Shown here in pieces: positions 27,893 through 36,612 of a stretch of 64,000 bases of DNA. Made by a program: the position numbers and the translations under genes. Positions within the stretch are counted from its first letter, which is position 1, and every line of letters starts with the position of its first letter. The stretch spans positions 102,201-166,200 of the forward strand of contig DWVI01000004.1 of NCBI GenBank assembly GCA_019120295.1, in the 5' to 3' direction. The notes below the pieces were generated by a model. The model was not told the origin of the DNA, made no database searches, and was given only the letters and a program-made list of their open reading frames with translations. This stretch comes from Candidatus Onthoplasma faecipullorum. GTDB taxonomy: Bacteria; Bacillota; Clostridia; Christensenellales; UBA1242.

Positions 27893-27930
27893 ATAAAAAA
27901 ATAAAACGCGTGGCACGTTTTATTTTTTAA
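27893..27930. terminator. Bidirectional terminator
   Basis: ATAAAACG-cgtggca-CGTTTTAT, flanked by A and T runs, between convergent genes. Confidence 0.6.
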
Positions 27931-27934
27931 TTTA

Positions 27935-28594
27935 TTATTCTGCTTTTTTATTTTCTATTGTTTCTGCTTCAATTTTTGTGTTTAAGTTTTCTTCTGGTTT
28001 TTCAGCGTTATTATTTTGTGAGTTAGACATATTTGTTAGAAGCGCGCGAATATCTTTTAAGATATCTTCTTGACTTTCAATTTTAACAGTTGGTGCAGGC
28101 TGAACGATTGCTTCTTCTTCCACGCCTTGTTTTTTCAACTCTTTTTTCATTTTTCTAGATAATTTTTGTATACCACGTTGAGAGTTAACTATTATTCGCA
28201 AAATTATAAATATGGTTAGCGCAATTATTAAAAAGTCAATTATCGCCTGTATGAATGTGCCATATGCAAGGACAACTTCAGCGGTGGTTTCGGTTGCTGG
28301 AGTTATCACCCATTTCCAGTCTTCAACACTTACTCCACCTGTGCAAAGCGAGATAAGTGGCATTATAATATCATTAACAAGAGATGTTACAATTTTGTTA
28401 AACGCTGTACCAATAACCACGGCAACTGCTAAGTCTAAAATGTTACCTTTTGATATGAATTTTTTAAAATCAGAAAAGAAGGTACTGCTTTTTTTCTTAA
28501 TTTTTTCTTTGCACTCTTTCTTTTTTGTTTCCTTGTCTTCAACGACAACTTCTTCTTTTGTTTGAACAACTTTTTCTTCCATGTTTTTCTCCAT
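27935..28594 (-). CDS. mscL: Large-conductance mechanosensitive channel with extended charged N- and C-termini
   Basis: Core [39 protein letters not shown]. It is 219 aa, against roughly 130-150 aa for typical MscL. Confidence 0.85.
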   Translation of the reverse strand: MEKNMEEKVVQTKEEVVVEDKETKKKECKEKIKKKSSTFFSDFKKFISKGNILDLAVAVVIGTAFNKIVTSLVNDIIMPLISLCTGGVSVEDWKWVITPATETTAEVVLAYGTFIQAIIDFLIIALTIFIILRIIVNSQRGIQKLSRKMKKELKKQGVEEEAIVQPAPTVKIESQEDILKDIRALLTNMSNSQNNNAEKPEENLNTKIEAETIENKKAE

Positions 28595-28813
28595 AATTAT
28601 TACACATCTATTGTATCAAATTGTTTTAAATGAAGCAAGTGTAAACAAATAAAAAGTAAACATATTTAATTATCACATTTTAATTTTAAAAAATTAACTA
28701 TAATTTAATTTTCAAAAAACAATTATTTAAATAATATTTATCAAATTCGTTCAAATTAATTTGTTAAAAATAAAAAATTTTGTTATACTATAAATATATT
28801 TAAGGGGGTATTT

Positions 28814-29641
28814 ATGTGGAGCACTGTTGCTATGTGGGGTGGTGTTGCAGGATTGTTTATATCAATTTTTGCAATCATTATTCTTTATTTAACAAGAAAA
28901 AATATTTTGGATATTCTAGATAAGGACGTTATTTTATTTGGTAGAAATTTTGAAATTAAAAAGAAAACTATAACTGATGCTTTTCAAATAATTGACGAAA
29001 TTGCTGAAACTAACGGAAGGGTTAAGAATAACCCAAATTTTGTTGAACGCGCAAAGATGTGTTATAATGATTTATTGTGTGTGATTAGCGACATAAGAGT
29101 GGCAGACGAATTTTATTCATTAGCACTTGAAGATGTTGATTTTTCTTTAACTCGCATTGCACAATTTAAGATTATGTGCAGAAAAGATATAGGGCTTAAA
29201 ACTAAAAATGCTAAGGCAGTAAAACGCGTTATGCAAAATTCTGAGAAAGTGAATGTTTCAAATGAAACACGTTCAAATTTTTCAAATCAACAACCAAATA
29301 TAATTAAGCCAGAAATAAAAGAAAATAAGGTGGCAACTAATGTTGAAAATTTGAATTCTCAAGCACAACCGAACATCGCACAAAACGAAACAAGTCAATC
29401 AAACGCACCTTCAAAAGTTTCACCAAGCGTGGCACCAAATGTTACTATGGTACAAAGAAGAGTTGCGCCAACTAATACATCAACACAACAAACTGCTGCA
29501 CCAAGTGCTCCATCAAATGGCAACTCAACTCAAAGTGCCACTGCACTAAGGCGTCCAGGTAGACCACCAATTAGGTCTAACGCAATTCCTGCGAACACAC
29601 AAATTCGTAGACCATATCCAATCGACGAAGGCAATGAATAG
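28814..29641 (+). CDS. Hypothetical membrane-anchored protein with a Q/N/S/P-rich tail
   Basis: N-terminal TM segment and GGGGG-containing RBS region. The C-terminal roughly 110 aa are low complexity. Confidence 0.5.
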   Translation: MWSTVAMWGGVAGLFISIFAIIILYLTRKNILDILDKDVILFGRNFEIKKKTITDAFQIIDEIAETNGRVKNNPNFVERAKMCYNDLLCVISDIRVADEFYSLALEDVDFSLTRIAQFKIMCRKDIGLKTKNAKAVKRVMQNSEKVNVSNETRSNFSNQQPNIIKPEIKENKVATNVENLNSQAQPNIAQNETSQSNAPSKVSPSVAPNVTMVQRRVAPTNTSTQQTAAPSAPSNGNSTQSATALRRPGRPPIRSNAIPANTQIRRPYPIDEGNE

Positions 29642-29695
29642 TAAAACCTATTAAAAATAAAAAATGTTTAAAACTCGTAATGAACAGAAAAAATT

Positions 29696-31405
29696 ATGGC
29701 AAAAACAAAAGAAATTATAGATAAAAGCGAAAATATATTTAAGCGTTGGTACAAACTTTGTGAGCCAAACAAGGTTTATTGGTTTTTGCAAATTCTGTTT
29801 TTCTCAATATATACTAGTTTGCTTGCAGTAATAATAATATTTGCCGCAAGAACTATAAGTGCAATGTACGCCGAAAATTGGCGTATTGCTTTTTTAAATT
29901 TAGGTATTGAACTTATCACAATCGCTGTTAGAACTTTAATGTTACATTTTGAATATCTCGTTTATGGTAAACAAATAAAACATATTAGATTAGTTGTGGC
30001 AAATAAGGTGTATGATAAAATTTTGTCTAGCGATAACAAACAAGTTAGTCAAATGACCAAAGATAAAATGTTAAATATAGTATTGAATAATTTGGAAAAT
30101 TTAAGTGAATTTCCAGATTCTGTGGCAAGTTTTTTTGCTTATTCAATTTTGGTAATAATTTCATTAACGTCAATCTTTACTGCTAATTTTTTTGCGGGTG
30201 TTCTTGTTACACTTCTTGGAATTGTAAATTTTATTGCATACTTTCTTTTTAACAAAAAATTAGGAAGAGTTATGTTAAAACGATTTGAAAAAAAAGATGT
30301 CATTTTAAATCAATTTTCTAAAGTTATAGACGGAAAACCTGTAATAAATGAACTTGGTGGTAGAGAAAGATACCTTGATAATGCCTTGAAAAGTGTTGCG
30401 GACTTTTCGGACGAGTACGCTAGATACTATAAAATATATTCAAGCAAAACAAATTTATGGTATATTTTTTGGAATGTTATTGTGTATGGAATAACTGCTT
30501 ATTTGTTATACACTGTATCACAGGGTACACTTTCAATGGAAAGTTACCTTATTGTTGTGCCGTATTTAACCACTTGCACTGAAAAATTGACCACGCTGTT
30601 TGATAAAACTACCGCGCTTGAAAATATGCGAGTTGATGTTGATAGGGTAAACCTTATTTTGTCGCTTACAGATAGGCAAATGATACAATATGGAAAAGTC
30701 AACACAATAGCAGAAGGCTATAATTTAGGTTTAATTGATGTTACATATGAAAATAGTGATAAAAATTATTCTCTAAAAGATGTGGACATTTCGTTTAAGA
30801 TGAAAGGCGTCAATCTTATAAAGGGTGAAAAGGGTAGCGGAAAACGAGTAATCTTTGATTTGTTAAGGCGAAAAATTGCACCACAATCAGGTATTATTCT
30901 ATTAGATAATTTAAATTTATATGACTACAACGAAAAAACGTTTAAAAACCACATTGATTATTGCGCTTCACACCCAATTTTCATAAAGGATAGCGTTAAA
31001 GAAAATTTATTGTTAGTTGAAAAAGATATAAACAAAATAAATAAACTAATTGACACAATTGGCATTCGAAATGACATCAATGACCTTCCAGCAGGAATTG
31101 ACACACAAATTTCGGATATAACAAACCCTGCAACATTATTCTTAATAGGTTTATTAAGGGCGTTACTCACAAATTGCAAAATTTTAATGATATACGAACT
31201 TCCAGAAAACACACCAAACACATTTAGAACAAAAATAAAACGCATACTTTCGAAATTTGAAGGTCAAAAGACTATTATTTTGTTCACTCACACAGATATA
31301 TACGACCCAATCGCAGATATGATTTACGAAGTTAAAAATCAAAAAGTTAAATTTGTTAAGATAAAATTTTCTAAAACTAAGTCAAAAACAAAAAAGCAAA
31401 AATAA
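29696..31405 (+). CDS. ABC exporter-type fused permease/ATPase with a degenerate nucleotide-binding domain
   Basis: Six-helix TMD followed by Walker A GEKGSGKR. I found no LSGGQ signature, and the Walker B region reads ILMIYELPE. Confidence 0.65.
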   Translation: MAKTKEIIDKSENIFKRWYKLCEPNKVYWFLQILFFSIYTSLLAVIIIFAARTISAMYAENWRIAFLNLGIELITIAVRTLMLHFEYLVYGKQIKHIRLVVANKVYDKILSSDNKQVSQMTKDKMLNIVLNNLENLSEFPDSVASFFAYSILVIISLTSIFTANFFAGVLVTLLGIVNFIAYFLFNKKLGRVMLKRFEKKDVILNQFSKVIDGKPVINELGGRERYLDNALKSVADFSDEYARYYKIYSSKTNLWYIFWNVIVYGITAYLLYTVSQGTLSMESYLIVVPYLTTCTEKLTTLFDKTTALENMRVDVDRVNLILSLTDRQMIQYGKVNTIAEGYNLGLIDVTYENSDKNYSLKDVDISFKMKGVNLIKGEKGSGKRVIFDLLRRKIAPQSGIILLDNLNLYDYNEKTFKNHIDYCASHPIFIKDSVKENLLLVEKDINKINKLIDTIGIRNDINDLPAGIDTQISDITNPATLFLIGLLRALLTNCKILMIYELPENTPNTFRTKIKRILSKFEGQKTIILFTHTDIYDPIADMIYEVKNQKVKFVKIKFSKTKSKTKKQK

Positions 31406-31429
31406 TAAAAAAATAAAATTAAAAATTAA

Positions 31430-31460
31430 AAAAATAAAACACGGCTTGCCGTGTTTTTTA
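31430..31460. terminator. Bidirectional terminator
   Basis: ACACGG-cttg-CCGTGT flanked by A and T runs. Confidence 0.65.
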
Positions 31461-31488
31461 CGTATTACTAAAATGTTTTTGCTTTTTA

Positions 31489-32184
31489 TTAAAGCTTCCA
31501 ACTATCAATCACTGTTTCTAGTGCGCCAAGTTCTTGTTTGTTTTCTTCTATTTCAAGTTGTATATCTGTTTTAGTTATTGTTGAATTTTCATTTTCAGAA
31601 TTATCGATTGATAAAAGTTCTTTGTATTTCTTTTCAATCATATTAGCAATTAAACTTTTATTTTTTGAAAGTTCATTTATTTTTATTTGTGATATCACTT
31701 CAAGTAAAACATCTTTAAATTCAGGGTATTTATTTGTCAACTCTCTCCATTCACGAGATTTATCTAACACACCGATTGTTCTTAAAAGAAATTTATCTAA
31801 TTTTACTAAAAATTTTGAGCTTGATGCTATGAAATTTCTGCGAACTGATTGGCTTGCCAACTTAAAATCATCAAAACTTGATGAGTTTTCGCGTTTTAAA
31901 CTCAACACAAAGTCCAGCCTTCTCTCTTCGTCTTTATCTGTGAAAGCGTGGTTTAAAATCTTAAATTCAGCATCAATATTGTATTTTGTTTTGAATATTT
32001 GCTTAATCATATCATTGAATTCTTTAACTGATATGGTTGGCACAGTTTCTAACATCTCGTCCATGTCTGAATTTAAAGATGATAAATAATCTTTAATCTT
32101 TTGTTCGTTTTGTCCGCTTCTGCTAATTTTGTCAAGTTCTTTAATTAGAACATCTCTTTCTTCAATCAATTCTTTTAATTTCAT
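31489..32184 (-). CDS. Hypothetical protein
   Basis: 231 aa, helical and charged. AGGAGAG RBS. Confidence 0.5.
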   Translation of the reverse strand: MKLKELIEERDVLIKELDKISRSGQNEQKIKDYLSSLNSDMDEMLETVPTISVKEFNDMIKQIFKTKYNIDAEFKILNHAFTDKDEERRLDFVLSLKRENSSSFDDFKLASQSVRRNFIASSSKFLVKLDKFLLRTIGVLDKSREWRELTNKYPEFKDVLLEVISQIKINELSKNKSLIANMIEKKYKELLSIDNSENENSTITKTDIQLEIEENKQELGALETVIDSWKL

Positions 32185-32365
32185 ACTCTCTCCTTAAACT
32201 AGTTAGATTTTATCATAGAAAGGGTAGAATGTCAATATTAAAATTTTTGTTTTATTTGTATTTTTAAGTTTTTACAGGAAACCAAAAAATGTTAATTTTA
32301 ACCAATATTTAAAGTTATAATTGCTATCACTTGAAATTTTTTGGTGGTTGATATATAATAGTGTT

Positions 32366-33376
32366 GTGAAAAAAGATTTTAAAATTTTAGCAATTGAAAG
32401 TAGTTGTGATGAAACGAGTTGTGCCGTCGTTGTGGACGGTAGAGTTTGTTTGTCCAATATAGTGTCTAGCCAAATTGATATACATACCAGATTTGGTGGA
32501 GTTGTGCCGGAAGTTGCAAGTAGAAATCATATAACTGCGATTGATAATGTGGTTAAACTTGCTCTCAGTACTGCGAATTTAACATTTAACGATATTGACG
32601 CAATTGCGGTAACATACGGCGCAGGGTTAATTGGTTCATTGCTTGTTGGAGTAAGTTACGCAAAAGGGCTTAGTTATGCGTTAAATAAACCTCTCATTGC
32701 GGTAAACCATATTTATGGGCATATTGCAGGAAATTATTTAACGTATAAAGATTTAACTCCGCCATTTATTTGTTTAGTTGTGAGTGGTGGTCACACTGCA
32801 ATAATTAGGGTGGACGATTATAATCACCATGAAATTATAGGTGAAACGTTAGACGACGCAGTGGGAGAGAGTTTTGATAAAGTTGCGCGCGTTTTGGGGC
32901 TTGGTTATCCAGGTGGGCCAAAGGTGAGTGCGCTTGCAGAGAATGGAAAAAATTTCATTGAGTTTACAAAACCAAATCACGAACTTGGTTATAATTTTAG
33001 TTTCAGCGGAAAGAAAACTGCAATTATAAATTACGTGCACACTTTACAGCAGGCTAATAAACCAATTCCAAAAGAAGATATTTGTTATAGTTTTGAAAAG
33101 AGCGCGGTGGACGAACTTGTTGAAAAAACAATAAATGCAACCAAAGAATATGGCTATAAAAAAATTGTGCTTGCAGGTGGAGTGAGTGCAAATAAAAGAT
33201 TGCGTGCAGAACTCACTCGTGCGGCGCGCGAAAATGGCATCGAATGTTATATTCCGAAAATGGAATATTGCACGGACAATGCTGCTATGATAGGAAGTGC
33301 AGGTTATTATGCTTTCATAAACGGTGTTGGCATTGCTGACTTGAACTTAGCACCAAACCCAAGTTTAAGTTTATAA
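32366..33376 (+). CDS. tsaD: tRNA N6-adenosine threonylcarbamoyltransferase
   Basis: ILAIESSCDETS N-terminus, the HIYGHI metal site and GGVSANKRLR. I prefer the GTG at 32366 to the track start at 32321, which adds 15 atypical residues. Confidence 0.88.
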   Translation: MKKDFKILAIESSCDETSCAVVVDGRVCLSNIVSSQIDIHTRFGGVVPEVASRNHITAIDNVVKLALSTANLTFNDIDAIAVTYGAGLIGSLLVGVSYAKGLSYALNKPLIAVNHIYGHIAGNYLTYKDLTPPFICLVVSGGHTAIIRVDDYNHHEIIGETLDDAVGESFDKVARVLGLGYPGGPKVSALAENGKNFIEFTKPNHELGYNFSFSGKKTAIINYVHTLQQANKPIPKEDICYSFEKSAVDELVEKTINATKEYGYKKIVLAGGVSANKRLRAELTRAARENGIECYIPKMEYCTDNAAMIGSAGYYAFINGVGIADLNLAPNPSLSL

Positions 33377-33389
33377 AAAGGAGAAATTT

Positions 33390-34058
33390 ATGCAAGAAAA
33401 AACAAGAATTTTAAAAATTACAGGTGAAGGAAAAACTTCAACCAGCCCAGACACAATTATCATCACTCTAACCATTTCAGGAGAAAACAAAGATTATCAA
33501 AAAGCAATGGCGGATGCCGACAATTCGGTTATGGATTTAAAAACTAGATTAGTTCGTGCAGGTTTTGACGAAAAGAAAATAACCACAGAAGATTTTAGAG
33601 TGCGAACAGTTAACAAGTACATCAAAAATTCAGGAGAAGAAAAAAGAGTTTTTGATAAATACGAAGCTTTACACGAATTGCAAATCAAATTTGAATTTAA
33701 CACACAAAAATTGGCACGTGTTGTTGACGTGATTGTTGAAAGTGTTGCGGAACCAAGTTTTAACATAAATTTCACATTGGAAAACACGGAAAAACTTAAA
33801 GAAGAAGCATTAAAAGATGCCGTTAAAAACGCTACAAATAAGGCAAAACTTTTATCAAAGAGTGCAGGGGTTGTTTTAGGCGAAATATTGTCAATTGACC
33901 ATAGTTTTAGTGAAGTTAATGTTTACACACCAAGATCGTTTAGAATGGCATATGATGGCGCTGGCTTCGTTCAAAAAGCAAGTGCTAGTATGGAAAGTTT
34001 AAATGTGCAAGACGTAACAGTTGATGCAACAGTCACAATAACATGGGGAATAAAATAA
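33390..34058 (+). CDS. SIMPL/DUF541 domain protein
   Basis: 222 aa. The pattern ILKITGEGKTSTSPDTIIITLTISGE ... LNVQDVTVDATVTITW is typical of SIMPL. Confidence 0.65.
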   Translation: MQEKTRILKITGEGKTSTSPDTIIITLTISGENKDYQKAMADADNSVMDLKTRLVRAGFDEKKITTEDFRVRTVNKYIKNSGEEKRVFDKYEALHELQIKFEFNTQKLARVVDVIVESVAEPSFNINFTLENTEKLKEEALKDAVKNATNKAKLLSKSAGVVLGEILSIDHSFSEVNVYTPRSFRMAYDGAGFVQKASASMESLNVQDVTVDATVTITWGIK

Positions 34059-34061
34059 ACT

Positions 34062-34397
34062 ATGAAACATTTTATGAAATTACAAAATGAACCTTTTACA
34101 AATATAAAAAAGGGTTTAAAAACTATTGAAATGAGATTGTTTGATGAAAAACGCCAACAAATTAAAGTGGGAGACACGATTGAATTTACAAACATGTTTA
34201 GTTCAGAAAAATTAAATGTAAAAGTGATAGGGTTACACAAATTTAAAAATTTTGAAGAACTTTATTCCCATTTTAATAAAAAACAATTAGGTTATAAGCA
34301 AACGGAAATAGCAAGTCCAAACGATATGAACCAATATTATACTAATGAAGACATTGAAAAATACGGTGTCGTCGGAATTGAAATTAAAACTTTTTAA
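34062..34397 (+). CDS. ASCH domain protein
   Basis: 111 aa. MKLQNEPFTNIKKGLKTIEMRLFDEKRQQIKVGD matches the ASCH N-terminal pattern. Confidence 0.6.
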   Translation: MKHFMKLQNEPFTNIKKGLKTIEMRLFDEKRQQIKVGDTIEFTNMFSSEKLNVKVIGLHKFKNFEELYSHFNKKQLGYKQTEIASPNDMNQYYTNEDIEKYGVVGIEIKTF

Positions 34398-34433
34398 TCT
34401 AAAATTACTAAAAATATTATTGTACAAAATATT

Positions 34434-34439
34434 TATAAT
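34434..34439 (+). promoter_or_regulatory. TATAAT box 15 nt upstream of the tRNA-Arg 5' fragment
   Basis: Exact TATAAT, but no convincing -35 element. Confidence 0.3.
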
Positions 34440-34454
34440 TTTGTACAAATATAT

Positions 34455-34726
34455 GCTTCCGTGGTGTAATGGATAGCACACGCAATACATCTGTGCGTTT
34501 TAATCGTTTACTCGAAACTCGTAAACTTCATTTATGCTTGATGTATTGCGTAACCCCACTTCGACATTGTCTTGTGGGGACCACAGAATAACCCCACTGC
34601 AACATTCGTTTTGTGGGGACCCCAGAATAACCCCACTGCAACATTCGTTTTGTGGGGACCCCGTGAACCATTGCGCTAAAAGATTTGCACGATTTCGAAT
34701 TATTCTAACATTTTAATATCAAATAT
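34455..34726 (+). ncRNA. Candidate structured RNA/element: a copy of tRNA-Arg positions 1-26 fused to about 245 nt of hairpin modules, directly upstream of the intact tRNA-Arg
   Basis: 34455-34480 is identical to 34727-34752. 34481-34550 is homologous to 5629-5696 with compensated stems. Three hairpins of the CCCCAC..GTGGGGACC(CC) family follow, and GAACCATT (34665-34672) matches the tRNA anticodon-stem 3' side. Confidence 0.5.
34585..34662 (+). repeat. Perfect tandem duplication of a 39 nt hairpin unit
   Basis: agaataaccccactgcaacattcgttttgtggggacccc occurs twice, back to back. Confidence 0.9.
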
Positions 34727-34801
34727 GCTTCCGTGGTGTAATGGATAGCACAATGGTCTTCGGAACCATTAGTTCGGGTTCAAATCCTGACGGAAGCACC
34801 A
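34727..34801 (+). tRNA. tRNA-Arg (anticodon UCG), CCA encoded
   Basis: Manual cloverleaf: acceptor GCTTCCG/CGGAAGC, anticodon arm ATGGT-CTTCGGA-ACCAT, T-arm TCGGG-TTCAAAT-CCTGA, 75 nt. Confidence 0.88.
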
Positions 34802-34884
34802 ATGTTACTTAGATCTCTTTTCATTATTAAAGTTCTTTATTTTTAAACCATTTTGTGATATAATTATAAAATAAAAGGAGTGTT

Positions 34885-35472
34885 ATGACGGAAATTTGTG
34901 TGCAAGCATACACCGCTTTGGAAGAATTGCAAAGAAAACTAGAAAATGCGGGGTTTGAATTTGTAGAAAATTACAACAATTCGGACACTTATTTTTCAAT
35001 TCTCAATGAAAACGATGTTGAAAATGTTGATTATAAAACGCTTTTAGATAGTTCGTTAATTGTGCGTCATATTGTGGGAGATAGTTGCGACATCAAAAAT
35101 TTAGTGTATAAAAAGAAAACACTGGACGAAAACGGTAATGTTATCAAAGAAATTAAAACAAAATTAAAAATTGACGATATTGATAAGGCTAAACAAATGT
35201 TTTCAAGTTTAGGACTAACTTGCTGGTGTGATTATATAAATCACAATTACGAATACAAGAAGGGCGAGATATCTATAATCGTGCAATATGTGGATAGTTT
35301 AGGCTTGTTTATAGAAATTGAAGAGTTTAATTCAATCAAAGATAAATCAGATAAAGAAAAGTTTGCTATATTAAAGGATATCGTTAACTCTTTAAATCTT
35401 CCACTTGGTTCAGATTTTAGTTGTAAAAAACCTTATATGTATTTAAACAAAACAAAAGAGCATCATGTTTAA
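34885..35472 (+). CDS. CYTH-like (class IV adenylate cyclase / triphosphatase fold) protein
   Basis: 195 aa. LIVRHIVGD...LVYKKKT...IIVQYVDSLGLFIEIE matches the CYTH beta-strand pattern, but the N-terminal ExExK motif is not canonical. Confidence 0.5.
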   Translation: MTEICVQAYTALEELQRKLENAGFEFVENYNNSDTYFSILNENDVENVDYKTLLDSSLIVRHIVGDSCDIKNLVYKKKTLDENGNVIKEIKTKLKIDDIDKAKQMFSSLGLTCWCDYINHNYEYKKGEISIIVQYVDSLGLFIEIEEFNSIKDKSDKEKFAILKDIVNSLNLPLGSDFSCKKPYMYLNKTKEHHV

Positions 35473-35630
35473 TTTAAGACATTAAAAAAGAAACTCAAAA
35501 GCGGGTCAAATAAAGTAATAACCCTTTTAATATGTTTTTTGAATTTATTTTCTAGTGTAAATAATTAAAATGTTTTATTCAATAAGTTGTCAAATATAAT
35601 AATATTTGAATATTTGATGCCTTGTTTTTT

Positions 35631-35706
35631 CGAGGTGTGGCGCAGTTGGTAGCGCGTATGGTTCGGGACCATAAGGCCGTGAGTTCGAGTCTCACCACTT
35701 CGACCA
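35631..35706 (+). tRNA. tRNA-Pro (anticodon CGG), CCA encoded
   Basis: Manual cloverleaf: acceptor CGAGGTG/CACTTCG, D-arm GCGC-AGTTGGTA-GCGC, anticodon arm TATGG-TTCGGGA-CCATA, T-arm GTGAG-TTCGAGT-CTCAC, 76 nt. Confidence 0.88.
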
Positions 35707-35804
35707 AAATTTTTTTAATTTTTTATTGTTATTTTTTTGTGTTTTATATTTTGATTATTTAAATAAAATTTTGCTAGCAACTTTTTATTAGTTAAAATAT
35801 TAAA

Positions 35805-36224
35805 TTATTTGTTGTTTTCAAGTTGTGATTTTAGATTTAAAATTTCATTTTTTAGCCTTACACATTCGGCTTGTTTTGCTTTTAGAGCGCGAGCAAGTTT
35901 ATCATAATTTAAGTTGATGTTTATAATTTCTGCACGAGATTCTAGTTCAATTTTTCGCCTTACAATTGACACAAGCCCTGAAAAAAGTGCGTTTATATCT
36001 TCGTCGCTAATTTGCGGGGGCATAACGTGAAGCCTGCAATTTATTTTACTTTTTTTGTTTTTTTCTTTATTTGTGCTAGTGCTAGAATTTGGGTCTATTT
36101 CATTATTTTCACATAATTTATTTGTGTTGATTTCCACATCTAAAAAATTCTCACACGAATTGTTTGAGTTTTTGTTTATGTTTGTGGGCGTTTTTTTTGT
36201 TTGGTTAGTTTTATCTTTTATCAT
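35805..36224 (-). CDS. Hypothetical protein (N/K-rich N-terminus, C-terminal coiled coil)
   Basis: 139 aa ORF. The start codon is uncertain. Confidence 0.4.
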   Translation of the reverse strand: MIKDKTNQTKKTPTNINKNSNNSCENFLDVEINTNKLCENNEIDPNSSTSTNKEKNKKSKINCRLHVMPPQISDEDINALFSGLVSIVRRKIELESRAEIININLNYDKLARALKAKQAECVRLKNEILNLKSQLENNK

Positions 36225-36339
36225 AATTTTATTTTTTACAAATATTGTGATTTTATTTTGCGAAAATTTAGTGATTTTGTTTAATTTCGTAGGTTTATGC
36301 GAAATTAAACACTTTTAATTAATTTCGTATTTTTATATG

Positions 36340-36547
36340 AAATAAACGTAAAATTTTGCGCCAGTAAAATTTTTACATCACATAGTTTATATTATCGGAA
36401 GGATTTGTCTGGAAGCGCTCGAGCAAAGCGCGAGTGTTTACAAGCAAATCCGATGTTAATTCTAACGTGATGCCACAATTCATTGTGGTGAATATGCAAA
36501 TAAACATGAAATTTTGCGTTAGTAAAATTTTACATCACAGTTTATAG
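36340..36547 (+). ncRNA. Structured element copy A: a core of about 110 nt flanked by two direct copies (about 50 nt each) of an AT-hairpin box
   Basis: The core (36386-36497) has GGATTTG...CAAATCC enclosing an 8x8 internal loop and a hairpin, then CCAC-loop-GTGG. The boxes at 36340-36391 and 36498-36547 contain AAATTTTGC-nnnn-GTAAAATTT followed by ACATCACA. An inverted homolog lies at 41541-41696. Confidence 0.5.
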
Positions 36548-36612
36548 TTTTATATGCTTTTTAATTATTTTGTGTTTGTAATCAAAAAATTTTTGTTTTC
36601 ATAAATAGTATT

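Noticed and set aside
34552-34662. Possible mini-CRISPR array
   Set aside because: The units are contiguous hairpins separated by only 5-7 nt linkers, with no unique spacers of about 30 nt. There are only three copies and no cas genes in the window.
34534-34716. 60 aa ORF containing a repeated GDPRITPLQHSFC peptide
   Set aside because: The peptide repeat is simply the translated 39 nt tandem hairpin unit. There is no RBS, and it lies between a tRNA fragment and a tRNA.
34455-34801. Group I intron interrupting a tRNA-Arg
   Set aside because: The similarity to tRNA-Arg breaks after position 26, before the anticodon stem, whereas known tRNA group I introns sit in the anticodon loop. The 5' strand of the anticodon stem is missing and the T-arm is degenerate. 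I could not recognise P3-P7 core elements, and an intact tRNA-Arg follows immediately.
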